DNA from: an uncultured Pseudobdellovibrionaceae bacterium
Lineage (GTDB): Bacteria; Bdellovibrionota; Bdellovibrionia; Bdellovibrionales; UBA1609
Assembly: GCA_963803705.1 (NCBI GenBank)
Contig: CAWDNU010000004.1
Coordinates: 416,001-480,000 of the forward strand
DNA length: 64,000 bases
Direction of reading: 5' to 3'
This document shows, piece after piece, positions 1-12,100 of the stretch; the stretch's first letter is position 1, and each line of letters starts with the position of its first letter. Made by a program: the position numbers and the translations under genes. The notes beneath the pieces are model-generated. The model had not been told where the DNA came from. It ran no database searches and worked only from the letters and a program-made list of their open reading frames with translations.

Positions 1-777
1 GATGTCGCATTTAATTTTTATGACGCCTGCTGAGCAGCTGCCAAGTCTTGTACTTTCTTAGTTTGCCTTCCTGAATTTAGCTCCAGAATATTGGGACGAG
101 ACCAATTTCTCGTATCCTTCGTCCAACGAATTGAATTTTGTCTTCGACCATTTTCGAAAACAGACTTTCGATTCTCCAAAATTTTTTATCTTTTTCAAAA
201 TGCCAAGATGCAGGTGTAACCCAATTAATACCACTATATAGATGTTCGTTATTATACCAATTAACAAACTTTTCCGCCCATGCTCGTGGATCTTTTATAC
301 CTGAAAAGCGATCTCCTTGCGGGTACAACGGACAATACTTTAGCGTCTTAAAAAGGGCTTCAGAGTATGGATTGTCTTCTGAAACTTTAGGACGGCTAAA
401 AGATGGTGTAACTCCAAGTTTGTGAAGGGTTGCAAGCATTGTTGCACCCTTCATCGGTCCACCATTATCTGAATGAAGCGTAATTTAATTTCTGTGAGTA
501 TTGTGCTTAATACGGGCTGCTTCGATCATCTCACTTGCTAGGCTGGCATTTTCTGTTGGGTGAATGTCCCAAGACAAAATTTGATTTGGACTCATAGCTA
601 AGAATTCTTCTGGTTTCGCATACGGGCGCGGCTGTGACTTACTTCTGTGGGCAAGCATACTCTCCGAATTCAAAACCCGGTTGAAAGTGCTCTCACTGGC
701 AACGTACTTACCTTGATCTGCAAGTCTAGGAACGATCTGGCATTTTGGTAAATTTGCAAACTCTGAACTGTTGGCAG
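1..777 (-). mobile_element. Degenerate IS3-family transposase remnant (OrfB/integrase core), fragmented
   Basis: Minus-strand pieces read QIVPRLADQGKYVASESTFNRVL, PNQILSWDI, LHSDNGGPMKGATMLATLHKLGVTPSFSRPKVSEDNPYSEALFKTLKY and WYNNEH. These are IS3-type DDE motifs, with an internal stop, a deletion after SWDI and a frameshift. Boundaries approximate. Confidence 0.85.
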
Positions 778-977
778 TACTGTAGAACTAGGGTTTTCCG
801 CAAAAACAACAATTTTTGTCATAAATTTAAGATTTTTGTTTTTCTGACCAACCTACATTGAAACCCTCTTAATTTTGAAATGCGACCTCTAAGCTTCATA
901 CTTTGAATCTGAACTCTAATATAAGGCTTCATTCTTGAGATTGGGTTTTAAGGAACAGATTTTGCAAAAATAAACAC

Positions 978-1766
978 ATGAAATTTATAGTTCTTTTTGC
1001 TGTCCTAATAAATTCAGCAATTTGCTTCTCGATGACCTGCGTTTCGTTATTAGCAAATAATGGTGGATACACATACCTAGATAAAGGGTATACAGGAGTT
1101 GTTTTCGTTAGAGAGGACAAGGCGTTTAAAGTACCATATAATCCTGATGCCGTTGATACTTATTTGAGAGACGGCTATCAAGTAGTTAGTCATGAATTTC
1201 AACTACTCTCAACACTGAACTCTATAATTATTAAGTCAGGAGTTGAAGGTATAAGACCTCTGAATTTTGTTAGAGCTTCAAAGCTTGAAGATCCTATTCT
1301 ATCTCGATTAGCCTAGCATAGAATTGAAACAGCTCTTGAAACTGAAACATGGGTGGATCGAATAGATTTAAATGGAGTATTGGTGAGTGAGCATATCAAA
1401 GGCCGGAACTATTATCATGATATTATCAACTCACCTTTAGTTTCAGATGATGAGAAGCGGCGATATGCTACTAGATTTCATGAAATACTCCTGGCTTTGG
1501 AGAAATACATATTAAGCAATCCAAGTGACTTTAGTTTTATTATGCGCGAAAAAATAGAAGATAGCGAGTCTGATGAATATGACTATTACAACTTTATTCA
1601 AACTGTTCTACCTAATTTTGAAGGTATTCCTAACAGTATGAATCTAAAGCTTTTGAATCCATTTGGAGAAAGTGGATTATTGAAAACATTTACTATAAGT
1701 GTTCATGCTAGCCCAAATGTAATTGTCGACGAAAATGATGAATTCGTGATTATTGACCCACACTAA
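978..1766 (+). pseudogene. Secreted protein-kinase-like fold protein interrupted by in-frame TAG (1314-1316)
   Basis: ORFs 978-1316 and 1353-1766 are in the same frame with only one stop between them. Signal peptide, then kinase-like motifs LDKGYTGVVF / KAFK / HEFQLL / LVSEHIKG / NVIVDENDEFVIIDP. Confidence 0.5.
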
Positions 1767-1800
1767 AATCACTTAGTTTTGATCAAAACTAAATGTAAGG

Positions 1801-1833
1801 AGGCTTGCGTTTCCGCAGGCTTTTGTTTTTTTT
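1801..1833 (+). terminator. Rho-independent terminator
   Basis: aggcttgcg-tttc-cgcaggctt stem (with G-U pairs) followed by a T-run, downstream of the 1766 stop. Confidence 0.6.
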
Positions 1834-2195
1834 CGTATGATAGCTAGCTCTTATGAACACTTTACTCATCAACCCCTTTTTGCAATTTCTGAGCATTAAA
1901 TTAAATCCCTTTCAAAAGTTTTAGAGCCTGTGTTGTTGATCCAGTCCCAGACTTCTTTTTTAAGCTCGGGGTCTTCAGGTTTCGATTTTAAGCGAGGTTT
2001 TGTGACTGTTTTAATTTCTCCAGTTTTCATATTGGTTACTTTGCAAGGCCTTTGCTTTTCATAATGTTTTTCATAATGTTAAAAGGGCCCAAAATTGTCA
2101 GCGAATCTGTTGGGCGCCATTTTCAAGCAGCTTAAAACTGTTATGACCTATTTTGGCTAATCAAAAGTGGGTCCTAGATTTGCAGTTTTACAGGT

Positions 2196-2786
2196 ATGAA
2201 AAACTTAGAACCAAAAGTTATCAGTAAAGTGGGCGCAGTGTTAATGACTATTTTTGCCATGAACCTAATTGGGTGTGGCGGCGGCGGTGGTGGAAGTAAA
2301 GCAAGCACCAAAGCATGTCCAAGTAATCCATACTATGACTCTTATGAAGACGAGTGGTATAATTCCAGACACGATCTGACCTCTTGTAACCCTCTTCCGC
2401 AGACCTCAAGTGGCAGGTGTAGAAAAGGCGAAACTGCTGTTAGATCTCCGATTAGCTTTAACCTTGAATTTGAAATCAAAGTTTCAGCGGGTCTAAATGT
2501 TGGACCTAATTATCATCGAAATCCAGGTCAGTACGAAGAAGTTTGCGTGTTTGATAATAATGGACGCAGAGATGGAAGAGAGTGGGCCTATATAGATCAT
2601 AACAGCAACTACGACTATATTGATTTTGATAGAATTCAAAGAACTCGTCAAAGACCACCGGTTGTTCATCAGACACAAACAGTTTATAGAACTTCTGGAA
2701 TCATTGCCGAACAAAGACCAGTGACTACAACAGACGTGCTTGTTGGTGTCGGAATACTTGGTGTTCTAGCTGTTTTGTTATTGTAA
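2196..2786 (+). CDS. Hypothetical lipoprotein with Gly linker, several Cys and C-terminal hydrophobic anchor
   Basis: Lipobox LIG-C followed by GGGGGGS; C-terminus VLVGVGILGVLAVLLL. Confidence 0.7.
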   Translation: MKNLEPKVISKVGAVLMTIFAMNLIGCGGGGGGSKASTKACPSNPYYDSYEDEWYNSRHDLTSCNPLPQTSSGRCRKGETAVRSPISFNLEFEIKVSAGLNVGPNYHRNPGQYEEVCVFDNNGRRDGREWAYIDHNSNYDYIDFDRIQRTRQRPPVVHQTQTVYRTSGIIAEQRPVTTTDVLVGVGILGVLAVLLL

Positions 2787-2909
2787 TAATTTTTTTTAAA
2801 AATCTAGCATTGAACCTTTAAAGGCTCGCAATTTTTTTTTAACTGATGGGTGAATATTTTAATTTTAATTTTTAAATTTCAACTTTCAACTTTCAGTTTC
2901 CGCTTAGCA

Positions 2910-3545
2910 CTAAAGTCTAAAATGAAATCCACATACCACACCAAATTCTTCTAAAGTAGCTGGAGTATCTGAAACGTCTACGATTGAAGACGAGGTAAAA
3001 ATTTCTGGCCTTAAAATTAAGTTAGGTGAAATTTGGTAATCAAAACCAATATGAACACCCATATAAATTTGTGAAGAGGTCACATCTTGAATCACATCTG
3101 TTTCGCGTTTCGTTTTAGCAATTGCTAATCCAGTGCCCAAGCCAATAAACGGAGCCCAAGTTTGCACTGTTATAGCCGATCCTAATCCCCCAGTCGGTAT
3201 GATGGGCGGAGAATTATAAAAATAGCGCCTTAGAATTAAGCCAGAAAAACTGACCCCGGAACTGAAAGGTCCTAATCTAAAACCCCGTCTGTGACTAAAT
3301 GCCAAAGAATACTTTGTGGCTATAAATGTTTCAATGCTTACACCTAGCATGCCTGGGGTTTCGGCTCTTGATAAATCAAAAGTTTGAGTTTCAACTATCA
3401 CCTCTTTATCTATGCCCGATCCACCATATCCAATCATCCCGCCGTATATGAAATCGGGTTTAAACCTTAAAGCGTGGGCTTCATTGATTAATAGAAACTG
3501 AAATATCAGAAAAAAAATATAAAAGCGTTTACGACTAGGCTGCAA
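2910..3545 (-). CDS. Putative outer-membrane beta-barrel protein
   Basis: Signal peptide ending EAHA, amphipathic strands, aromatic C-terminus GFHFRL. Likely start TTG at 3545 overlapping the upstream stop (ORF open to 3605). Confidence 0.65.
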   Translation of the reverse strand: MQPSRKRFYIFFLIFQFLLINEAHALRFKPDFIYGGMIGYGGSGIDKEVIVETQTFDLSRAETPGMLGVSIETFIATKYSLAFSHRRGFRLGPFSSGVSFSGLILRRYFYNSPPIIPTGGLGSAITVQTWAPFIGLGTGLAIAKTKRETDVIQDVTSSQIYMGVHIGFDYQISPNLILRPEIFTSSSIVDVSDTPATLEEFGVVCGFHFRL

Positions 3546-5322
3546 CTGACAATCCCTTAGCGTTATCATCTTTCTTTTTAATCGCGTCTTCCAATGAAAT
3601 AACATTAGTTAAGACTAGATTTTCAAGCCTATTATGTAAAGAATAAATTAAGCGCTCTTTTTCAACCACAGCCACCAAATCACTGCGAGATAGATCGTCC
3701 TCTAGAATTTGCTTAGCCCTAGGGGAGATTAAACCTAAAATTGTATCTGTCATATTTGGAACAATCCTTAAGTAAGCCATCAACTCTTCGTTAGTAGAAC
3801 GCTTGATTACCACCTCTTGAGACTCTTTTTTCCAATCAGCAAAAAAACCTATATGTGGATTTTTTTGCTTGAAAGTTTCAACTACGGGTCCTTCGACTTT
3901 CGGTAAAATTTTGCAAGCGTCAATGTAGGACATACTTTCAACAAGCTTATTTAGTGTCATTGACATTGATACCTCAGATTCGGCAACCTTTTCTTCGAAG
4001 TAAGGTGCAATTTGAGTTTCTATATCGTTCAACTTATCTTGACTGATGGAACTTAATTTTGCTGCTGTATTTAAGAGCTCAACTTTTTTATCATCAGCTA
4101 GTTTGGAAAAATAATTCTTTCTTAAAGACTCTGGCATATACAGCGATACGACGGTTTGAATATCGATATCGTTACCTAGCAGTACCTGATTTACAGTGCC
4201 AAGCGAGCTGCTACCTAAGAAAGAAAAAGGTCTGTGTAAAGTGTCAGTACCAAGATTTAGTGAAGCCACTAGATCCCAGTAAGTACGATTTGTTACATCT
4301 AATCTTTTTTCTAATGGCAACTCTGACATTTTAGAAAAAACATTACCCATTTCCTTTTTATGTTCCTTTGGAATAGGCAAGCTTCCTAAGACACTTCCAG
4401 AAATTTCTGCAAAACACGCTATTTGCATTAAACCTGTTTCGCCCTGCTCGCACCACTGTGCCACTAGCTGATCCAATTGCGTTACAAGTTTAGGCGATAG
4501 GTCTTTTATCTGATCAGATACGGCTTCAATTTTGGTGTCTAAAGCCAAGTCTATGGCAGCTAAGTTAGATTCTTTCGAAGGGCTTGAACCACCTAGACCT
4601 TCTGTTGCAGTCATCTCGGATTTACTTTCAATATTAACAGATGCGGCCTGGGCTTGATCTTTAGATTTGCCACCACTTAAAAGTCGCCACAGTACAACGC
4701 CCAACAGTATGGCCAGTGCCAAAATAAGCTGTCCCACCAAACCCTGCATCTGAATGATGCGGTCTAAGGTTGATGGATTAGTTGTTTCAGATTGGATAAA
4801 TTGCACTTGGCTTTTACCCAAAGCGCCAAACTCTTCTTTAACCCGCGCTTGCAACCACTCTTCAATATTACTTTTAATTTTATTGCCCATACGCTCTTGT
4901 AAGCCTACATTAACCATTACAGACTTAACTGCATACTTGGCTAAAGGACTTACGCTTGCAGCATCAACACTTTGGTAGCGATCAAACAAAGTGTCGGCGT
5001 CTAAATATCCCAAGTCTAAATCTGTGTACTGATCGTTTTGGCTTGATAGCTTTCGGTTTTTATCCTTGCTCTCATCCATAGTTTCTAATTCAAACCTTGC
5101 GCCTACATTAAAACGTTCAAAAGTGATCAATGCAGAAAGTTCTTGAGAATACCTGCGAACAATCATGTCTTCAAGCGCAGCTTTCACGCTAATCTCATCA
5201 GCTCTTTTTAGTGGTGAAACAGCGTTGACCGACTTGTTGCTACTTATTTTTTTTGTGTTTTGGGAAAAGCCATGACTTGAAAAAAAAATAATCAAAATTG
5301 GTGCTGCTAACTTTAATTTCAT
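3535..5322 (-). CDS. Membrane-anchored FliG-like rotor protein (signal peptide + periplasmic FliF-C-like domain + TM + FliG middle/C-terminal domains)
   Basis: HRPFSFL...DIQTVVSLYMP...KLNDIE matches the FliG middle-domain pattern (PFxFL..EHPQTIALILSYL). ISPRAKQILEDDL matches the FliG-C torque helix (MSxRAAxMLxDD). TM segment GQLILALAILLGVVLWRLL. Confidence 0.8.
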   Translation of the reverse strand: MKLKLAAPILIIFFSSHGFSQNTKKISSNKSVNAVSPLKRADEISVKAALEDMIVRRYSQELSALITFERFNVGARFELETMDESKDKNRKLSSQNDQYTDLDLGYLDADTLFDRYQSVDAASVSPLAKYAVKSVMVNVGLQERMGNKIKSNIEEWLQARVKEEFGALGKSQVQFIQSETTNPSTLDRIIQMQGLVGQLILALAILLGVVLWRLLSGGKSKDQAQAASVNIESKSEMTATEGLGGSSPSKESNLAAIDLALDTKIEAVSDQIKDLSPKLVTQLDQLVAQWCEQGETGLMQIACFAEISGSVLGSLPIPKEHKKEMGNVFSKMSELPLEKRLDVTNRTYWDLVASLNLGTDTLHRPFSFLGSSSLGTVNQVLLGNDIDIQTVVSLYMPESLRKNYFSKLADDKKVELLNTAAKLSSISQDKLNDIETQIAPYFEEKVAESEVSMSMTLNKLVESMSYIDACKILPKVEGPVVETFKQKNPHIGFFADWKKESQEVVIKRSTNEELMAYLRIVPNMTDTILGLISPRAKQILEDDLSRSDLVAVVEKERLIYSLHNRLENLVLTNVISLEDAIKKKDDNAKGLSVAA

Positions 5323-6033
5323 TTAGCATCCTTAGCTTTTGTATTAGTTTCGTCTTCTGGTTTATCTTTAATATTTGTGTTTATAGCTGGATTGTTTGCA
5401 GGCAATCGTGTTGGAATTCTTAGCGTGTCTCTTACTTTACCGGCCATATCAATAGCAGTTTTTAGTTCAGGATTAACGGCAAGGGCATTTTCGTACCATT
5501 TTAAACTTTCTTGAAACTCGCCTTTGGCATAATGAATGGCAGCCTTCATACTTAGCGCTCGATCAAACTTTGGAAAGACTTCTAAAAATCTTATCAATTT
5601 CTATCAGCGCGCGTTCAAGTTGCGAGGTGCGTGCAAATTGCTGGGATAAAAATAACTTTTGCAGTAAGTCTTGGGCTGTTTTCAACTCATCGGTGCTACT
5701 AGTTGTTGGATCTAATTTTAAAACCAGCTGAGTTCCTAAATTTCCACCAGCATTTATAGGCACCCATAAATCTTTAGTTTTAAAACCATCCTTACGAATA
5801 ATTATATTAACTAAACCACCTGGATAATTCTGACCTTTTAGATGCTCATCTAATTCTTTACTGGTTTTCAACAAAGGAGTTTGGCCTAGGTTTTTTTCAT
5901 CTTTAGTTTCTGGATTAACAACGAAGACTTCTGCCAGCTCGGGGTCAGTAACAACTTTAAAAGACGCTGTGCCGCAAGAAGTAGTACCTAAAAGCAACAA
6001 AACTAACTTAAAACCATATAAAAATCTATTCAT
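5319..6033 (-). CDS. PEGA-like + TPR lipoprotein, split by a +1 frameshift at an A5 run (5584-5588)
   Basis: Lipobox TTS-C; PEGA-like VTDPELAEVFV..LGQTPL..IRKDGFKT. ALIEIDKI continues as LEVFPKFDRALSMKAAIHYAKGEFQESLKWYENALAVNP (TPR) if one T is removed. Confidence 0.75.
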
Positions 6034-6058
6034 AGAAAACCCTTCTTTCTCCTATATT

Positions 6059-6086
6059 TTATCGAGTTTTTAGGCCTTTTGCTTGA
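6059..6086 (-). promoter_or_regulatory. Sigma28 (FliA)-like promoter
   Basis: TCAAG-N15-CTCGATAA upstream of the RBS and ATG at 6033. Confidence 0.5.
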
Positions 6087-6162
6087 TACATAAAACAGGT
6101 ATTCTATACCTAAGGCAGGTCTGGAAATTTAAGATAAAATTGTTGCACCAGAATCGAAAGTT

Positions 6163-9100
6163 TTACAGACCAACGTCGACACGAATAGACGACTGCTTAA
6201 GAGTTAGATTTCCTGCACTTGGACTAACTTTGGTAACAAAGTTTTGGTTTACCGGAAAACCTGTTAACTCTGGACTTACATAGAGAGTTATATTGTCTGA
6301 ATTTACAGAACGCTCTGATAATCCAAGGTCTATTAGATTCATACTTCCGCTATTTTGATTGTGATATTGTAAACTTACCAGTCCATCAGAAAATCCGTTG
6401 TCTTCAACCAAAGCCTGAAAATAAAACTTAGGGGCTAAAAATTGGTTAGAATCAATCTGAACTTTTTCATCGAAGTAGGTTGTATCAGAAGACGTAAAAT
6501 CTTTTTGGTTAGTGATTCTGTAAGCAACACTGGCTTTAGACAAATTAGTAAGTTTTACCCACAGCCCTGCTTTATGCACTTTAACCTGTCCAGATGAGCA
6601 ATAAAATTCACACCTCATCACAAGTCGGTACCTTTGGCCATTATTTGCCGAATCAAAGTGCTGCACTCCCTCGTTAAATGGAACCTCGGCTAGCCGTAAA
6701 CTAGTGTCAGTAAAGCGAGTCTCTGTGAATGGAACAATCTGAGAATTTCCAACATTTTGAAGAGCTATTTGACCCTCTGCTCCGCCGTCAGTTGAAACTA
6801 CTGCTTCTAAAGTCCATCCATTGAAATTAGAAATTTTAGAAAGTAGATTTGAATTTTTGATCCACCTGCTTGAGCTGGAATAGTCATTATATATATTTTG
6901 ATTAGTTGATGATGCATAAATGTCAGAGTCCGTATTCGAAGGTGAAACCAAGGATGAAATAAGTGGGTAGTATATTTTTGTTTTTGTAGCGTTAGTTTGG
7001 TTCACTAAAAGCTTTGCGGTTAAAACGCTTAGTTCGCCATCACTTGTTGTTTGCTCTAACTGAACTCTGTAAATGTCTTTTCCTGTAAAACCACTTATAG
7101 TTGATTTAAATCTTGTAAAGTCCAAGGTGTTTGCTGGAACGTTTATAGAGTCAACCACTGCATCCGAGCTGTCCACAATCACAACTGCGCGAGAAACACT
7201 GTCAGCATTTTGAGCAATAACCTCGATCTGGTAGCTTGTAATGCCATCGTAATCACTGACATTGAACGTTGTCTGACTTCTTTCAAAAGCTAGATCTGTA
7301 ATGCTACTTGAAGACATCGGAGTGTCAGTCAACTCTATCGGGACCTGAAGTTTAAGTGAGCCGTCTCGAAGAATGGAGACTACATTTGACGACAAAGTTT
7401 TTCTTCCGTCAGCATAGACACCTTCAACCCTGTAGTGGTAAGTCGTGTCAGAAATCAGATCAGTGTCTTGGTAGCTAAGTATTGATGCAGTCCCAACCAC
7501 GCCGAATGGTCCCGTAATACTTTTTGATCTTAAAATATTATAACTAGCTACACCAGCTAAACTGTTCCAATTTAAATCAATTGAGTTAGAACCATTAACT
7601 GCAGTCAAACTTGCCGGGCCACTCACTAAGATAACGCCCACTTCATTAGAATTTGCAGACATAACCCCTGAAGAGTTAGTTGACCTAATAACATAGTAAT
7701 AACTTGCTCCGGAAGTTACGGTGGTATCGTTAAAATTTACATCGCCGGATGTCGGCAAAGCTATTTGTGCATAGGGTCCACCTTTCACTGTAGATCTAAG
7801 CAGCTGATAGTTTTTAATATTAGGAACTGCCGACCAGTGAAGGGTTAAACTACTATTTGAGTTGATTACTGCATAGAGTGCTCGCGGTACTTCAGGCACA
7901 ACGGACAAATTAATCGGGTCACTAATTTGCGACACGCTCATTTCGGTGCCGCTAGCATTGAAAGGCTGATATTTATAAAAATAAGTTAAGCTAGGATCTA
8001 CAACCAAGTCTGTGTGAGTTAAAGCAGTTAAATTAGTAGCAATTTTTTGAAAGGTGACCCCATTCGTCGACCTTAAAATATCATAAGTTGTAGCACCTAA
8101 AGTTGCATCCCAATTCACCCTAACTTCATTAGCAGAAAGAAATTGAGCCTTAGGTTTATCTGGCCTTAAAGAGGGTATGATCTTTACTTCATTTGAAGCA
8201 GGGCTTTCGTTAGATCCATTTAATGCAGTTACACGAAAAAAGTAAGTTGTACCATTCGTTAAACCAGTAATTCTAGTCCCACTTGAAGTATTAGAACTTT
8301 GAATTGGCGCTCCATATGATCCCGAAGTGGTGGACATATATACATTAAATGAGTTTCGATTTGATATCTCGCTCCAAGTTAAAACAATCTCTGTACCAGT
8401 GTTATTGTTCTCTGCATTTAAGTTAGATGGCGCTAAGGGTATAATTCCGGGACTAAAACCCAAACTTACAGGTGATTCTTTATCAAGCACACCAAAGTGA
8501 GCGATAACTTTATAGAAGTATATTTGTCCGTTAGTGGCTGCTAAATCTGTAAAATTGGTCATAGAATAATTTGTAGCTATTGTTGAAAAGTTGACTCCGT
8601 CAGTAGACCTTAACAGATCATAACTAATAGCTCCGCCGACGGCAGACCAAAACACTTGAACTTGATTATTGCCCACTGTTCCCGCTGGCTGCTGAGGTAA
8701 ACCAAAAGTGTATGCTGACACTACATCAGAATCAGAAAATGACATACCTATGATAGCCCGAACTTTAAAGAAATGTTCAGTCTGCGGGCTTAGTCCGAAA
8801 ACATTTCGGGTGGTGCTTAGCGAATTTGAAACTAAAGTAAAGGGTCCAGAAAAATTTAAAGCTTTAAAAACTTGATAACTAGTTGCACCACTGACACTTG
8901 GCCAGTTTATGACCGCCGAGGTGTTCCCCGTGACTGTCACTGATACATTTGAAGGCCTAGTTGAATCTGATCGTTGTCCAGTCACTACATTTGATTTTTT
9001 TCCTTCCGTTAAGTCTGAAAATCTAGCCCGAACCTTGTAGTAGTACCCGGTATTAGTGACAACCCCTGTATCAGAATAAGTTGAACTCACCGATGTGTCG

Positions 9101-12100
9101 TAATTAACAAATGGACCCGTTATAGTATTGGACCTAGAAATAATGTAGCCAGCTGCTGCGCTGACGTCGGACCAATTTAAAACTAGTTGGGTAGTTTGCA
9201 CCATTAAACTTAAGTCACCAATGGGCGCGTGGCGATACTCTACAGTGTTAGAAGCTGGAGTTTCATATCCACCCCATAAAGCCGTGACTCTAAAGTAATT
9301 TAATCCTACAGATAAAGGGGCTGAAATTATGTTTGCATTCAGCGATGTGCTAACAACTGTAAATGGGCCCAAAGGGTTAGAAGACCTATAAATATTAAAT
9401 GAATTGAAATGACTTGGGGATGTCCAAGACAGCTGAGCTCTGGCTTCTTCTTCTATATAATTTATGACTAAGTTACTAGGCAAGCTAGGATTGGTAAATG
9501 ATCGACCAGAACTAAGGGTAGAAGGATAAGCTACGTAGATGTAGTCGCCATCCCCATCTATTAAGTGTGCTTGGACATAATAGTAAGCGCCTGATCCATT
9601 GGGACTTGTATCCGCAAAATTTCTTGATGAAATATTGTTAGCTATTTTTGTAAAGGTTCCATCGGGATCTGTGGATTTAAAAACATCATATTTCAAATCA
9701 CCCGAGAAAAATCCTGAAGGAACATTTGGAGCATTCCAGCTTAAGTTAATACTTGCGTCACCTGGTCTAACTGTTAAGTTCGGAGCATCGGACGAGTAAA
9801 AACCGTACAACTGAAATTCACCACTTACGCCAGATCCCCAATCGGTTGCCAATTTATAATAATAAATATTATTCGAATTAAAACTACAGTCATTATAAAA
9901 AGTTGTGGACACGGTAGCAATAGTATTTGTAGTGCCCTTATTGTTTCCTCGATAAACTCTAAAGCTTTCGAAATAAGGGGGGGCAGTCCATGCGGCCCTT
10001 ACTCCTCTTGAACCAGAGCACTGCTCTGAGCTGCTCACAGGTGTTATAGTAAAATTGATAGGCGGGCTAGGAATTTGTTTTGGGGTGGCCGTCACAATAT
10101 TAGACTGCATACTTTCACCAGCGGGGTTACTTGCAACAACGTAGTAATAGTAGGTTTGGTTATTAGTTAAACTTTGGTCTCTGTAGGATGTTGTCGATGT
10201 GCTAACAGACAAATCGGTAAAAGGGCCACCAAATTGTATGGACCTAAACAACCTATAAGTCATGTTTTGAGGAAAGCCACTCCAAGATAAATTTACCTCG
10301 GCATCAGAAATAACAGCTGACAAACTATTGATTTGAACAGGGTTTGGGGCTGTCACTAAAATTGAAACTTCAGAGGAATTTTGACTTCGACCTGTAGAAT
10401 TATTTGAATACACTCTATAAAAGTAAGTTGTGTTATCAGAAACCTGAAGGTCAGTAAAATTGTTAGAAATTTGTGAGCCACTGATTAAGGTAAATGGACC
10501 ACCCGAAGATAAGCTTCGTTCTACATTATACATAGGCGCAGGGTTAGAAAATGTGTCTGGAAACCAATTGATTCGAACCGTTCCATTTACATTTAATGTC
10601 GCTGTTATATTTGAAGGCGGTAAGTTGTAGTGTGTGAAGTTTGTTAGAAACCTGCAAGCAGAGCGTGTTCCAACTTCATTAATTGTTTGGCCATATATTG
10701 AAGTTAGTTGGTTCAAAGCTAAAGTCACAGGCACACCTGTTGAGGTAAGTAAGCTAGGGTTATGATTAGAAATCAAGTTTGAACAACTAGAATTAGAAAA
10801 AATTCCTAACCCAACCCTATTCATAAAATCTGTGCTAAAGCCATAGGATCCGCGAATCAAAATATTTGGACTGTAAGAAGGTGAACCTGGGTTCGTCGAT
10901 AAAAAATTCGGCACCGCTGGCACTAAATTATTGAAAGTATAGAAAGTTAAAAAGGTGCAATCACTCGCATTACCAGCATCATCAAAGGCGCGGGCATAAA
11001 TTGAACTTTCAGCGTTTTCCGCTACATTGATCAAAATACCCGCGGTCTCAAACTGTGCAGGAGTTCCTTCACCAAGCTTACTTACGCAAGACATGCTGTC
11101 ATAAAAATCTACTCTTGTAGGTTGAAGTTGACTAGTAGGCTTCATTAAAGACTGACCTAAAATTGTTGGAGCAGAAGACTGATTGTTAGGCGAAATTGGA
11201 GTAGTAGATGTAAAGGTCGGATTTTCTGGAGGAACCGTATTATGAATATAGTTTGTAAGAAAAACGCAAGACGAGTAGTTCCCAAAAACATCTAAAGCGC
11301 GCCCATAGAGTGCATTTGTTGAATTTTGAGGTAGTGTAACTATAACCCCAGAAGATGTAAACTGACCCCTTGATCCCGAACCTATTTGCATCGGCCCAGA
11401 ACAAATATTGTCTCTGTAGATGATCACTGATGCGATGCTTGAGTCAGCTGTGCCTAGTACTGAAGGCGTAAAAGATCCACTTGATGGTGATGCTGGAAAA
11501 GTTGAAACAAAAACTGGGTTTGGTGCAGGGTTCGCAGAGTGAGCGTAGCTTGCGTGAAAGAAACATGCAGATACGTTGCCCTCTAGATCTTTTACTTGCA
11601 CGTAAATAGGAGTAGTATCATTGGCTTCAGCAGTGATTAAGATACCAGATCCTTCGTAATCATCGGTCATCCCTTGGCCAATTTGTAGAGTGCATGATTC
11701 ATTCTTAAAAAAAGTAAGTTCTACTGTTCTGTTAGAAGCATCACCCTTTATTATTGGTGTCGTGGTGATGTTCGACGGTGAATTCGGAGTCAAAGATGTA
11801 AAAACTGGGCTGTCAGGAGCAAAGGTATTGTGGACGTAAGTAGTTAAACTGTCGCAGGTAGTTGTGTTTCCTGCAGCGTCGAAAGCTTTTCCAAAAATAG
11901 ACGTGGTATCATTATCTCTTACATTAACAACAACGCCGTTCGAATTATAGTCTACTCGGCTACCTGAACCGATCACATTTAGACAAAGCGATGAGTCATA
12001 AAAAACAATAGATTCAGTGTCACTACTGGCAAATCCTAGCATTTTAGGAAGAGTGGTCTGATTGGTCGGAGACACAGGATCGGCTGAGTTAAAAACCAAG

